Assembly (NCBI RefSeq): GCF_001194135.2 | Contig: NC_068985.1 | Coordinates: 15,899,030-15,963,029 of the forward strand | Reading direction: 5' to 3' | Length of the DNA stretch: 64,000 bases | Source: Octopus bimaculoides | Lineage: Eukaryota | In this document: positions 13,021 to 26,831 of the stretch, piece by piece | How the letters are laid out: each line of letters starts with the position of its first letter | Position numbering within the stretch: position 1 is the first letter of the stretch | Notes under the pieces: model-generated | Databases searched by the model: none | What the model saw: the letters and a program-made list of their open reading frames with translations, nothing else | What the model was told of the DNA's origin: nothing | Translations under genes and position numbers: made by a program

Positions 13021-14188
13021 AGTTTTTTTAAAGTCTTGTAAAGTCTAATATATTCTTTCGTAGTCTTATGCCATTTTATAAATATTTAGATGAGCATGTC
13101 TATCGCTGACTGATATATCAAGCAATGTCTGTACGAGGGTTTTAAGTCGAATGCAGGTTGCACAACACCACAACGACTCTCAGTAGAAATACCAAGAAGC
13201 TCAGAGACAAGCAAAGTGCGAAGTAACCCGGATCAGGAGAGTAGCGCGTTTTATATACGAATTGAAAATATAGTTACTGTTATATCGCACGTTCGGATGA
13301 CCTCTATTCAACTACTCGACGTCTAGACTTCTCCCTCTATATCTACGTATTGGCCTAGCCTACTTCATCGAGTGGGAGCGTGGACACAACAGTTACAAAG
13401 CCTACTTCTGTATCGTCATGGTCATTTCCTGGATCTTTATAATTATTCAGCCAGCGACAAAATCTTCTCCATTTTTGAACACCGCTGTCAGTTTAAGTAT
13501 TTTGTACATATGGATATACATGAGCTGCAACTATAGAAAAATTAATCAAGTGAAGGTAAACTTGAAGTGAATGCCAGAACTGATGTCCGAGTGAAGAAAC
13601 TTCGTTACCGAACTATCATTTACATCATACTGAGTCTCTCCATGAATATTACGTATCACAAATTTGTCTTCAGCAAAGAGATTTATCGATTTTTTAAAAT
13701 CTATTTATCGCAACCACTCCTGCTATTGAATCTTTGACACCTCTATTTGATGAAAGAGAGCTTCAACGATATCCCTTGGAGTTACTATAGTATTATCTAA
13801 CGTTACATTATTTACTAAGATAATTCATTACTGTTAGAAAATGTCCATCAAGCTTTTCCATTCTATATAACAGTGTTTGTACTTTATCATTTCCAGTCTA
13901 TATGCTTTTGTAGCTTACTGTATTCTGTACATATATTTAGCGAATGTGTCGAAATTTGAAGTTGCCTCATTTTCAGATGGCTTCAAAATATGACAAAAAT
14001 ACTCCACAATAATGTATATTATTAGATGTTGATATATAATCCGTATATAAAATATATGAAATGCTCTGAGGTTAGAAGTTTGTTTCTGCACTCATATAGC
14101 ATATCGCGGTGAACAAGTTCAACTGCACTTTGAAACTCACAAGCACACATATACTCACATATGTACATAATATATATATACTTATATA

Positions 14189-14346
14189 GGAGTGGCTGTG
14201 TGGTAAGTAGCTTGCTTACCAACCACATGGTTCCGGGTTCAGTCCCACTGTGTGGCACCTTCGGCAAGTATCTTCTACTATAGCCTCAGGCCGACCAAAG
14301 CCATGTGAGTGGATTTGGTAGACAGAAACTGAAAGAAGCCCGTCGT
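14189..14346 (+). mobile_element. tRNA-derived SINE, family 1 head (rest lost in the N gap)
   Basis: A-box-like TGGCTGTGTGGT and B-box-like GGTTCAGTCCC; matches the reverse complement of 41070-41209. Confidence 0.85.
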
Positions 14347-14895
14347 ATATATGTATATGTATGTGTGTGTGTGTGTGTGTGTNNNNNNNNNNNNNNNNNN
14401 NNNNNNNNNNNNNNNNNNNNNNNNNNNNNNNNNNNNNNNNNNNNNNNNNNNNNNNNNNNNNNNNNNNNNNNNNNNNNNNNNNNNNNNNNNNNNNNNNNNN
14501 NNNNNNNNNNNNNNNNNNNNNNNNNNNNNNNNNNNNNNNNNNNNNNNNNNNNNNNNNNNNNNNNNNNNNNNNNNNNNNNNNNNNNNNNNNNNNNNNNNNN
14601 NNNNNNNNNNNNNNNNNNNNNNNNNNNNNNNNNNNNNNNNNNNNNNNNNNNNNNNNNNNNNNNNNNNNNNNNNNNNNNNNNNNNNNNNNNNNNNNNNNNN
14701 NNNNNNNNNNNNNNNNNNNNNNNNNNNNNNNNNNNNNNNNNNNNNNNNNNNNNNNNNNNNNNNNNNNNNNNNNNNNNNNNNNNNNNNNNNNNNNNNNNNN
14801 NNNNNNNNNNNNNNNNNNNNNNNNNNNNNNNNNNNNNNNNNNNNNNNNNNNNNNNNNNNNNNNNNNNNNNNNNNNNNNNNNNNNNNNNNNNNNNN

Positions 14896-14969
<74 letters not shown>

Positions 14970-15576
14970 AGTGTGTGTGTGTGTGTGTAGCCAATATGCG
15001 AAGTAATGCCGAAAACTCTGTATTGGCGAAAGGATATACATAAATTAAATGAGACAGGTAACCAGAGTAAAATTTGAAGCAAAGAGGAAACACACAAACG
15101 GAAAATACTATGGAGAGAGTTATATAATAAGAGAAAGCATGAACCTGAAAATCGCAGAAATATAAAACGAAAAGCAACAAAGAAGTGAAAGAAGTGTACA
15201 GTGAACCTTAACATGCTCGAGGGAGAAACAGAATACAATCTGCTGTTGAGGTTGATATTCTATATCAGAACAAGAGAAAGGATAGAAACAGAATTAAGAA
15301 GCAAGGGAAAACTGGAAAACGTACGACTGCATAAAAAAAAAAAGAAGAAAAGACGTCTGTTCACATAAAAAGTCTCAGAATGTTTTTCCCTATATTTTTT
15401 TTTATACTTTTCTGGCACGTGCTTTCACTTGTCCCACTCTGTGTTGTAATTTTATTCGTGTTACCTTTGTGATTTTTGCTTATATAAATATATACATACA
15501 TAAGTCCTTGTTCGTATGTATATATATATGTATGTATGTATGTATGTATATATATTCCGTATAACGTTTGATAGCA

Positions 15577-15776
15577 AGGTGGTGAGCTAGCAGAATCGTT
15601 AGCACACCAGGTGAAATGCTTAGCCATATTTCACCTGCCGCTACGTTCTGAGTTCAAATTCCACCAATGTTGACTTTCGGAGTCGATTAACCAAGTACCA
15701 GTTATGCACTGGGGTCGATGTAATCAACTTAATACCTTTCCCCAAATCTGAGGCCTTGTGCTTCCAATAGAAAGGA
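15577..15776 (+). mobile_element. tRNA-derived SINE, family 2
   Basis: Shares GCGAGCTGGCAGAA..GTTAGCAC..TTCTGAGTTCAAATTCC..AAGTACCAG with 46279, 46537, 47403, 48793 and 61642. Confidence 0.85.
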
Positions 15777-16922
15777 CAACGTCCGATAGCAACATACATA
15801 TATCCCCAGGATTGTATGGCGGTCCATGATGGAACGTAACCTAGCTCACTAACACAACATTTTATAGAATGCTCTTCCTACGTCAACATTTGAAATAAGT
15901 TTCTAATACACGTGGTTCTATGACACAGTTATCAACCATAATTTGAAGGATCATACCCTAGCAACATTTTACACACACCAACACAGCTACCTCTTTCGCT
16001 CAATAAAGAATTTCCTCTTCCGTTATTTTCACAGTGAAAGCTCTCTGTGTATCGGTGCAGCAAACCGGCACTAATATTCATAAAAAACAATTTCGTTCTT
16101 ATCAAACATTAACATTTTGTTTCTGTGATATACTGCCGCATTTATTGAGTCAAAATCGGCGTCTGAAAGACCACTTCAAATTCGCTAAAGACAGTGCTTG
16201 AGGTACAAGACGTTCCTACAAATAATACTACATTCTAAGATATTTAGATGACCTACTTTTCTAAATGAAGTACAACTGAACTAATGCTTCGTGCGGCTTT
16301 CTATTGAGACGTATGCCGAGGTTTATTCAAAATGCAAACGAGAATGTCCTCGAGAAAGAAATTTAGTTTTTGAAATGAATTGAAACTTTTGAGCCAATCA
16401 AAAACTGTCCCCAAACATTTTGAACGCCAACTTTACATTTGTTCTTTAGGATTTTATAATAATCTCAGTCCTATCCATTAGACATAGATAAATAGAGAGA
16501 TAGAGAGGTAAAAATATAGCCAGCAACACACGCAAGCACGTATACATACACACACAAGCACGCACACATACACATATATATATATGTCCACATATATATA
16601 TGCATGCGTATATATATATGTGCGTGTGTGTTTGTCTATATATATGTGTGTGTGTCTGCATGTATGGATAAATAGATAGATAGATAGATAGATGTTGAGA
16701 ACAAGAGGCAGGATTTGGATAAAACTATTTATTTAGCGATTTCGTCCCTTTGAGGGGCGAAAGAGCTAAATATATTTATATATACGCACGTATGCACGCA
16801 CATACACATACGCACACATGCAAACGTACATGCATACATACGCACATACATACATGCATACTTACATACATACATGCATACTTACATACATACATGCATA
16901 CTTACATACATACATACATACA

Positions 16923-16963
<41 letters not shown>

Positions 16964-17469
16964 CTCTCTCTCTATATATAATACACATTAATTACAGGAC
17001 ATCACCAACAAGCGAAAAACACGTAAACACACGAGAGATAAGTATAGGACAAAATATTTTAAAAATACACAATAAGAACAGAACATCAACAACGAGTGAA
17101 AAATACGAAAACACATAACGAGAAACAATTCATTTAAGACTTAGTTCACCAAAGGGCAAACCGCATATGGTATCACAGGAAAGAATTATTTCACTATTTC
17201 AAACGAACATTGAAAAAAGTTCTTTAGCAAGAATACATATCAGGACTGGTATTTTTAATCATGAAACTTAAAATAATGGAATACTAATGCGTTCTGACAA
17301 CTGTATTAAATATATTTAGTGTGCAACTGATATCGTGAACTCGTTTTGCTGTATTTGTAATATTGCCTGCAAATATGATAATATCAATAATAATGGCTTC
17401 CTTATTAACCACCAAGAGGTCAAAGACAGTAGTGTGATAAAGTGTGCCTGAAGGTAGCCTTTCTGCTTA

Positions 17470-17709
17470 ACTCTCGTAGCTGCCACATCTTAGCGATCTC
17501 AATTCTCAGGCCTCCATATTTATCAATCTTTTCTCTTTCTTTCATGATATGTTGATCTCTTGACACTGCCACGTCAAACATTAGGTACTCTTGTTTGTCC
17601 TTCTTAAAGGTTATTATATCCGGCCTTCAGTGCTCTAATATCTTGTCTGTCTGGAAGTCAAAGTCCCAGAGGATTTTTACCTTCTCCCTTTTCGTCCATT
17701 ATCTTTTCC

Positions 17710-17713
<4 letters not shown>
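17470..17713 (-). mobile_element. Dong/R4-like RLE retrotransposon REL domain, family B, 5'-truncated
   Basis: ILWDFDFQTDKILEH*RPDIITFKKDKQEYLMFDVAV...KIDKYGGLRIEIAKMWQL (PD..D..K REL motif). Confidence 0.85.

Positions 17714-17780
<67 letters not shown>
17714..17780. repeat. (TTA)n/(TAA)n microsatellite, about 22 units
   Basis: Read directly; abuts the 5' end of the Dong-like fragment. Confidence 0.95.
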
Positions 17781-17784
<4 letters not shown>

Positions 17785-17793
17785 GTATATGTA

Positions 17794-18916
17794 TTGGGTT
17801 GTCCGGAAAGTTCGTGCCGATTTTTAAAGGAAAGAAAAAGGTCAATAAATACTTGCCATTACATTTTTAATCAACCAAATATGAACCATTTTGTTGCACA
17901 ATGCGTCTCCGTCTTTCCTTTAACTTGAAAATACCCTCTTCCCAGAAGTGAGGTGGTTTCATGGCAAAGAATTCATCAAGGCATCTTTTTACGTCATCCA
18001 AGGAATTGAAATTTTTACCATTAAGACTATTTCCCAAAGAAACGGGCGGTCTTGCATTATCATGTTGGAAAACAACACCGAACACCGTTCATGTTGGCCA
18101 ATTCTGGACGTTTCTCTTGGATTGCTGCTTTTAACTCGTCCAGTTGTGTGCAGTATTTCTCAGAATTAATTGTCAGAATTAATTGTCTGGTTACTTGGGA
18201 GAATTCCTTTCCGATCCCACCAGGCACAAAGCAAGACTTTTTTAGGGTGAAGACCCGCTTTTGGGGTGGCTAAGGGCGGCTCATGTCGCTTACTCCAGGA
18301 TCACTTTCTCTGAATATTTCGGTAGATAATCCATTTCTCATCACCTGCCACAATTTGCTTGAAAAAAGGCGCGTTTTCATTCCGTTTATAAAGCGAATCA
18401 CAGATGGAAATGCGATCCAAAAGGTTCTTCTCACTCAACTCATGTGGTACCCAAACATTGTAGCGATTTGTGTACCCAGGCTTTACCAGGTGCTCATGAA
18501 CGAGGGATTTTGACAGGTTGAGGCTTTCTGCCAATTCTCGGGTTGTGCAATGTGGGTTATTCTCAATTAATGACTTGATTTGGTCATCATCTGTAGTGGA
18601 TGGTCTGCCTGATCGCTCTTTATCAATAAGGCTACAATTTCCAGCTCGTAACCTTGCGAACCACTTCCGTACAGTTCTTTCGGATAAAGAAACATCACCG
18701 TAAACTGCGTATATTTCTTTGGTTGCTTGTGACGCATTTTTCCCTTTACGGAAAAAGAAAAGCATCAAGTGCCGAAAATGTACTTTCTTATCTTCCATTT
18801 TAAAGAGTTACAGAATTAACACAGGTTATAGGAACATAAACCTTCTTCCACGAAAATTGTGCTCTAAATGGAGGTGTAGTCAAATCCTATTTTATGGTCT
18901 CAACCATGTTCTAAAA
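17794..18916 (-). mobile_element. Mariner transposon (mellifera-subfamily-like), pseudogenised transposase 18798-17867
   Basis: TA plus TIR TTGGGTTGTCCGGAAAGTT at the left end; MEDKKVHFRHLMLFFFRKGKNASQA, WVPHEL, GDEKW, FQHDNARP; frameshifts and deletion of the YSPDLAPSD segment; other TIR falls in the gap. Confidence 0.93.
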
Positions 18917-20059
18917 NNNNNNNNNNNNNNNNNNNNNNNNNNNNNNNNNNNNNNNNNNNNNNNNNNNNNNNNNNNNNNNNNNNNNNNNNNNNNNNNNNNN
19001 NNNNNNNNNNNNNNNNNNNNNNNNNNNNNNNNNNNNNNNNNNNNNNNNNNNNNNNNNNNNNNNNNNNNNNNATATATATATATATATATATACATACATG
19101 CATACACATATATGTATATATGTATTTAAGTATATATTCGTGCGTATAAGTGTGTGTATCTTATGTACAGGTGCAAGTTCATAACGAGCGCGGATTTACA
19201 CATAATTGTATTGAGGAAGACATTTTCGTAAAAGAACGTTCAAATCGTATTTCAATTGATTTCGACAGGTTCTGGGAATAGCTGTAGAGTTACAGCTGAG
19301 TTCAAGATTGTCATCTGCATATTTTAATACAAACACGCCGTTGTGAGACACGTTGCTTGTTGATATTTCATTCTTTCAATATTCGTAAACACAACTTGTC
19401 GCAACTCTCAGAAGCCACTTAGTTGAATTTTCTTGTTTTTCTTGAGTGGAATTACAATTTATTTTTCAAGCGAAATGTTAAGCAGATTATATTAACATTA
19501 CAGATTTAAATGCATATATACAAATATACATATATCTATATTTATGACTGTCTATATACACATGTGTGTGCGTGAGTGAGTGTTTATATATTTTATGTAT
19601 ATGTATACATATAGATAGATGGATTGACAAACAGACAAACAAATAGGCAGACGCATGAATAGATCTACATAAATAATTCATTTTCGTTCGCTATTACCTA
19701 GCACGTTCTTACAATCACTTTCAACTTTCTCATTGTAACTAACCTTTCCACGCACTCAAATATATTGCATACACTACGAATGTATACACTACGTCCCACA
19801 TTATTAGGCAAATCAACCATCTCTCAATAAATAAACGTATATTCTTCCAAAACCAGTTGTTTTCTCACTGACTGTTGGCAACATCTTTCTGCGCACATTC
19901 TGTTAAAATAAATCGGATCTGCGCAGACATTGTGTCAGAACAAACATTTATTTAATTCAACAGTAAAGGTTTAACAAGAAACTATTCATAAAGGACTTAA
20001 TGGTAAATATAATACCACGTTCGAATGAAAATAATCATGGGATTGTAATGTCATACAAC

Positions 20060-20760
20060 TCCTAACGTTTGATGTATGATCCTCCACATACAATAACCTT
20101 CCTTATGCGCTGATCCATTGAATCTGTCAAAGTGATGATATCCTCTTGTGTCATGTTTTGAGCAGCATCTACAATAGCATCCCAGAAGCAACTTTACTTG
20201 AAAACTGTCGTCCATCTTGGTAAACGCACCTTTTCAGGACACTCCACAGGTTCTCGATCAGTTTTAAGTCAGGGGAACAAGGTGGCCACTCCATCAAACG
20301 ACCTTCAGAGAAGCCTATTTGCTGCTGGTATTCCTTAGTATTTTTCGTTGTATGAGACAGGTCAGCCCCCAAAATGACCTCTCCTCTCCCCTGTTGGCGT
20401 CTGAAAACTATGAGGACGGCTCCCTCTGATACCCAATCTTCACTCCAGTCATCTGGTCCGTCAAGGGTAGCACGGCATTCGTCAGTGAATAGAACTGTTG
20501 ACAAATTCTATCTCCAAGTATTCTTCTGCACATTTCAGTCTCTTCTGCTTTGAACATCCTTCAGGGAGGGCCTTGTAACAAATTTAACATTCTTGGCTAC
20601 CTGCATTAAGAGCCGACACCTGGTGGTTTTCGATACGTCTTCCCTGCCACAACGTTTGAAGCCTTCTTTAAAACGGCAACCACATTAACAGTAGCAGAAT
20701 TACCATCTCACTACATTTACACATTCAAAGCAGTTTGCCAACGGTCCTTCAGTAGCAACA
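20060..20760 (-). mobile_element. Tc1-family transposase remnant
   Basis: VLFTDECRATLDGPD, RRQQG, MEWPPCSPDLKLIENLWSVLKR, WDAIVDAAQ; internally deleted. Confidence 0.85.
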
Positions 20761-21262
20761 CACTTTGATAAATTCAATGGCTTCTACTAAATATGGACCA
20801 CAAGAAACAGAAAGGATGTTCTTGAAGCTGAAAATTTAAATTTACGGAGACAATATCTATATATAGCCCGAGGAAACACAACTAGATCTCATAATGCAAG
20901 GAAACGATTGCATAATCAAGTACCTGTACCCTTGAAGAACTACGTTGCGTGGAAACAATTGTAGTGATTAAAAACAAATGTTCAACCGTACTCCTTCTTG
21001 CTGACTCCATATTTTTTCAATTTCTATTTACACATGACAGATGCCCATATGCAAACCTGAAAGTACGTATAATACTAAAACTGGATAGCACAGGGTAAAA
21101 TCTGAAGGTGGACGAGCTTTATACTGTACTCTACTACATTCCTAATAGAATATAACATAACTATATATATGTATATACATATATATATGTTTATATATAT
21201 ATATATATATAATTTTATATATGTATGTATACATATATACATACATGCATACATATCTACAT

Positions 21263-21293
<31 letters not shown>

Positions 21294-21465
21294 CACACAT
21301 ATATAGAAATACATATATATGTCTCCATTTTATCTCTTATTTTTCTCTGTCGAAGAACATAGACGCGAAACGTAAAAGACTTTTCCATTTTCCCGAGCGT
21401 TAAGCTAATACACCTGTTTGTTGTTCCTACATCTGTCCTTGTCTTACGTTGTTTGTAAATTTGAA

Positions 21466-21580
<115 letters not shown>

Positions 21581-22015
21581 TGCGCGCGCGTGCGTATAGT
21601 ACTTCTATATGTATATGCATTGTATCTTTACATTTCTGTTTTGACCCTTGATGTCAATTTTAAATTTGACTATCATCATTATAATCCTTATAATTAATTA
21701 TTGCCAGTTTCCATTAGTTGATGTAACCACAGAAAACGTTAGCGAAGATTAATTATAAACGGTTATTATTTTGTTAACAAGTATTTTAATCAATGGTGCA
21801 ATAATAATTATTCAAATCATGCTACACGGTTACTTTGACAGGACATTTCTCTAATTTCAAACTGTCATCTTTTGTTGGTTTCGATTTATGTTTTTGGTCT
21901 GACTGAATTGAATAACATATAGTCAAAAGTATCCAAGCTACGGATGCTGCATAGATATATTTTCTTCTCACAATCACAATATATTACCAATATACCCTTC
22001 ACTTACTGAAAGATG

Positions 22016-22394
22016 GTTGTTGTTGTTGGCACTCCATCGCTTACGACGTGGAGGGTTCCAGTTGATCCGATCAACGGAACAGCCTGCTCGTGAAATTAAC
22101 GTGCAAGTGGCTGAGCACTCCACAGACTCGTGTACCCTTAACGTAGTTCTCGGGGATATTCAGCGTGACAAGGCTGACCCTTTGAATTACAGGCACAACA
22201 GAAACAGGAAGTAAGAGTGAGAGAAAGTTGTGGTGAAAGAGTACAGCAGGGTTCACCACAATTCCCTGCCGGAGCCTCGTGGAGCTTTAGGTGTTTTCGC
22301 TCAATAAACACTCACAACGCCCGGTCTGGGAATCGAAACCGCAATCTTATGACCGCGAGTCCGCTGCCCTAACCACTGGACGATCGCGCCTCCA
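22016..22394 (-). mobile_element. tRNA-derived SINE, family 3, full length with (CAA)n tail
   Basis: Head GGCGCGATCGTCCAGTGGTTAGGGCAGCGGACTCGCGG..GGTTTCGATTCCC; identical tail at 30935-31013. Confidence 0.85.
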
Positions 22395-24229
22395 CTACTG
22401 AAAGACGGTAATGTGCACTTAAAGAGAGCGAGAATAGAGAGAGAAAAGGAGAGAAGGAAAGAGGGGGTGAGAGAGAGGTTAGTTATTTCTAGGCGGTTCG
22501 ATCAGCACGTAGAAACACTGTCATTAGCCTATATCATTACTTGCACAATTCTTATGTAGAATTTAAATTTGCAAGTAATGAGTTGTTAGATTAGTTATCA
22601 GGAATGTATAAAATAATTCAATATCTATACCATCAGTTGCTTTAATATTTCTGAAAGTCAGCTACTTGTGAAATCGTTGATAGTCATTAACTAACGATGC
22701 CCCCAGGTCAACCCTAACACAGACAGGTGACAAAATAATAATGATATCGGTTCTAAAATGTATTAACATTTTGATCTTTTCGTTCGCCTTTCTCTTACCA
22801 GTGTCATATTGTGTATGCTGTAAAATAAATAAAACGATAGGTATAGATGAAGAATCGATAGAACATTAGCTAAGTAGAATGAAAATGGCCTGCGCATCGA
22901 TAGGAAACTTAGAAGAGACAATATCCAACAGACCGAGTCAGGCGTCTCGAAAGAAAATTAACTAGAAAAGACGATCCAAGCAGTAAAGCTAGTGCGACAC
23001 GACTTGCAATCACAATTCTTTAAAGTTCTTTATTGATTATTTTTATCGGCGTGAAAATTTCTACATTCAAATGCTGGTCATGTTTTCTCTTCTTTTCTCT
23101 TGTGATGTATACGTAAATATTTACGGAATTATGAGAAGACTTAAACAGGATCTTCCCCCCTTAAGGTTCTTGAAATCTCTATAGTAATGATTATTTTATT
23201 TTCTCCTGACGGCTTTGTGTGTTATCTGATATATGCGTGTTATGTGTCAAACTTCGGAATCAGCATACAAATTGTCAGGATATAATTTTTCTGATCTTGC
23301 TTTCTTTCATACAAACGACATTTAAGCGTGGCAGGTGACTGGTAGAAACAGCAGCGCATTATATGCCATAATGTATTGCATTATATAGCTACATGTGTAG
23401 AGTTCAATTTCACTGAAGTCAAATTTACTTTTCCTCTTTTCAGGGCTCGATAAAATAAAGTACCAGTCAAATACTGAGATCGATGGCATCAACTAGTACC
23501 CTCCCCTCAGATGTCCAGGTATTGTGCGTAAATCAGAAACCGTTATTCTCATTGTTGTTGTTACTGCTGCTGCTGATTCTGTAGGTTTTTTTTCATGTTG
23601 TTTTGCGTTGAATAGACTTCAGCAATACAGCACTGGATAAAATTTAATTACCTTTTACTCTGTGTGAATAATTTTGCTACCAAAGCGCTTTGGGAGATTT
23701 AGATGTCTACTGCGTTAGCTAGTGGTGGAAAAATAGGTTTAGTCAGTTGAGATACGATGTAAACATTAATAAGGTTTTTCTCTTCCGAAGCGAAAGTGAT
23801 GCTTGTTACAAACCTGTTGGAGATGGATATGGACCAGAAAATTTCAGGAAAAAATGTAAACTGCGTAAATTCCGTTATTAAAAATGCAGATTAGAGAAAT
23901 AAAACAGATAGAAAAAAAATGAGGATAACTGAACAAGTAGACAACTTTGAAAACTTAAACAAATGTAAATGTAAAATGTAATGGTAACTTATATAACTTT
24001 AATAAGAGAAACAAGATTTGCAAATTTAACAAGCCAGAGAGAAACACTAAACATATATCAGCTCACCAGAAAAATGAAGAAAAACAAGAGAAAGAAGACT
24101 GACTAAACAACTATGAAATATAACACAAACAGTGCCTTCTTGTTGAATAAATGACCAGAAGGAAAGCGACGTAACTGTTTTATAAAGCGTAGGTTTCTAT
24201 ACATCTTCAAGGGAGCACAGTTGGAGGAT

Positions 24230-25255
24230 GCTTTTGGTGAGAGGAAGCCTTGGTCGATGAATTTGTACGAGTAAAGGAAAGAGCAATTCCATTGGTTGTC
24301 GGTCACTGATTTATTGCATGCACAAGATTCTGAGCAGATGTTCTTTATACGAGAGTTATATATCCTAGTTACGTACTCTTTGTTACTACATGATATATCT
24401 AATGTAGTCCCACTACATGATATATCTAATCTAATAAGTCGTAGCACCTCTCATCAGAAATTGAAGAAATGGTCAGGTCGGTCACAGAGATGATGCTAGA
24501 CTAGTCTTTAGTATTTCTTTGTTTTTCAATCGGACAGAAACATTTATCCTTACTAAATTCCTTTACTATATCTTTTGAGAATATCATAATTTGGTTAGAG
24601 CCCTTCTCCATATTATTCATATTCTTTGCGTATATTTTCAGATTGTCAACGAAGAATCTGTATGTTAGACGGGTTTTTCAGTCTTTCTGAGGGTAGACCA
24701 CATGCCCTTCAGATTTTTTTCCCCGAGATGTTGATGGAAAAACTGAAAGTATAAACAGCATTACGTCTTCGAATATTTCAGTACGATACTGTATACTATC
24801 AAAAGCAATGCTGTCACTTCCTTTATATACTTTCAGCAGGTGACCTAAGGCAAAGCCAGGTTGTCTGTGACGTGACCCTGTGACATGACCTGGTGTAGCA
24901 TCCGTGTAGAAGAAACTAGATATTTTATTGCAATACTGCCAGAGTGTAACTAAATGTTAATGAAATGTCTCCTAAATCTACGCACTGATGACATCACAGT
25001 TTTATTGATTAAATCTTGCTCAATACATTCCAAAAATGCTTCCTTCTCAGGTGTTTGGTCAGCTGTGATGATATTGTTACTATTCCGGAGAATAAATTCA
25101 GACATTTCATACTGCCAGGTTTTCACCACGTGAGTAGATTTATTTTTCTTGTTATCAGATTTGTTATTTGCCAATGCCAACCATCTTAATATATCTATAT
25201 GTCCATCGAGAGCTTGTTGGCAAAGATCAGTTAGATAACCCCAGTAGAAGGTTAT
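24230..25255 (-). mobile_element. RLE retrotransposon family A copy 2, reverse transcriptase region
   Basis: YLTDLCQQA..HIDILRWL..KKNKSTH..; FFVDNLKIYAKNM (YxDD equivalent); NKEY..RIKNIC..NK; 24826-25030 about 85-90% identical to 26060-26272. Confidence 0.75.
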
Positions 25256-25564
25256 TTTATGTATACTTATGCACATATATTTATGTATGCATGCATGTAG
25301 GTATGTATTTATGTATGTACGTATGTATGTAAGGATGGGTGTGTTTAAGTATGCATGTTTTCTCTTATTTTCACTTTATTGAAGTCTTCCCATGAGGAAG
25401 GAGCTGGTCTCTAACAAAGATGCAAAGTTCCATCGTTGAAATATAACAAAAGCAACGTGAGAAGTATTGCATACTTTTGCTTACAAATCGTATTTGTAGT
25501 GTGCGAGTTATCTGGTTGATAAAGTTTTCTGAAACTCTGGACGTTTACAGATTGTCAGTTAGAC

Positions 25565-26275
25565 ATGTATGTATGTATGTATGTATGTATGTCATTATTA
25601 AGTTTATTTCAAGATTTCTTGCCAATAAAGAAAGAACCGGTTTCTAACCTAGATCCAAGGCTCCTTCATTGGAATTTCAACATCAACAACAGGGTATTTT
25701 TATGTATGTATGTATGTATGTATGTATGTATGAATGTATGTGCAGATTTGTATATTTCATGAATGTATTCTCATGCATATAGTTGCATATCAAGACATGC
25801 ATATGTAGACATGCTCATATATATTTAAATGATAAACTTCTGGAAAGATTTACAATTTTTACAGTTCCAGTGATGGATTGGATCTGTAGTCTTCGAAATA
25901 ACTTTCTCATTTCTGGATTTGAGAAGCCTAATTTCTCTAGATTGGTATTTAGGCAGGGCCCAAATAATTACAGATAAAAACCTGAACTTGTAATCGGGAC
26001 AGAGTAACTGCAGATTTTTCAATAGTTCAGCATAGGTGTTCTCTTTTTCACTTCATTTATATTCTTTCAGCAGGTGACCCAAAGGAAAACCAGGTTGTCT
26101 GTGACATGACCCTGGTTTGATTTCTGGTGTAGCACCCTTGTAGAAGAAACTGGATATTTTATTGCAGTTCTGCCAGAGTGTAACTAAATGTTAATGAAAT
26201 GTCTCCTAAACCTACGTACTTATTACATCACAGTTTTATTGATTAAATCTTGCTCAATACATTCCTAAAATGCTT
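25565..26275 (-). mobile_element. RLE retrotransposon family A copy 3: RT fragment fused to C-terminus, 3' UTR and (CATA)n tail
   Basis: EKENTYAELLKNLQLLCPDYKFRFLSVII..NLEKLGFSNPEMRKLFRRLQIQSITGTVKI; 3' UTR shared with 8240-8450. Confidence 0.8.
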
Positions 26276-26831
26276 TTTACATGTATGTATGTATGTATGT
26301 ATGTATCTATGCATGTTTATATACATTCATACACATGCAATACATAAAATACATAAGCACATGTATATATATATATATATATATNNNNNNNNNNNNNNNN
26401 NNNNNNNNNNNNNNNNNNNNNNNNNNNNNNNNNNNNNNNNNNNNNNNNNNNNNNNNNNNNNNNNNNNNNNNNNNNNNNNNNNNNNNNNNNNNNNNNNNNN
26501 NNNNNNNNNNNNNNNNNNNNNNNNNNNNNNNNNNNNNNNNNNNNNNNNNNNNNNNNNNNNNNNNNNNNNNNNNNNNNNNNNNNNNNNNNNNNNNNNNNNN
26601 NNNNNNNNNNNNNNNNNNNNNNNNNNNNNNNNNNNNNNNNNNNNNNNNNNNNNNNNNNNNNNNNNNNNNNNNNNNNNNNNNNNNNNNNNNNNNNNNNNNN
26701 NNNNNNNNNNNNNNNNNNNNNNNNNNNNNNNNNNNNNNNNNNNNNNNNNNNNNNNNNNNNNNNNNNNNNNNNNNNNNNNNNNNNNNNNNNNNNNNNNNNN
26801 NNNNNNNNNNNNNNNNNNNNNNNNNNNNNNN

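Noticed and set aside
14189-14265. tRNA gene candidates here and at 22320-22394, 41140-41209 and 56748-56815
   Set aside because: They have A/B boxes but no complete cloverleaf and continue into SINE bodies; these are SINE heads
16730-16772. Small interrupted hairpin TATTTAGC..TTCGTCCCT-TTG-AGGGGCGAA..GCTAAATA
   Set aside because: Short and interrupted, with no ribozyme core or family assignment; compatible with chance or a decayed repeat
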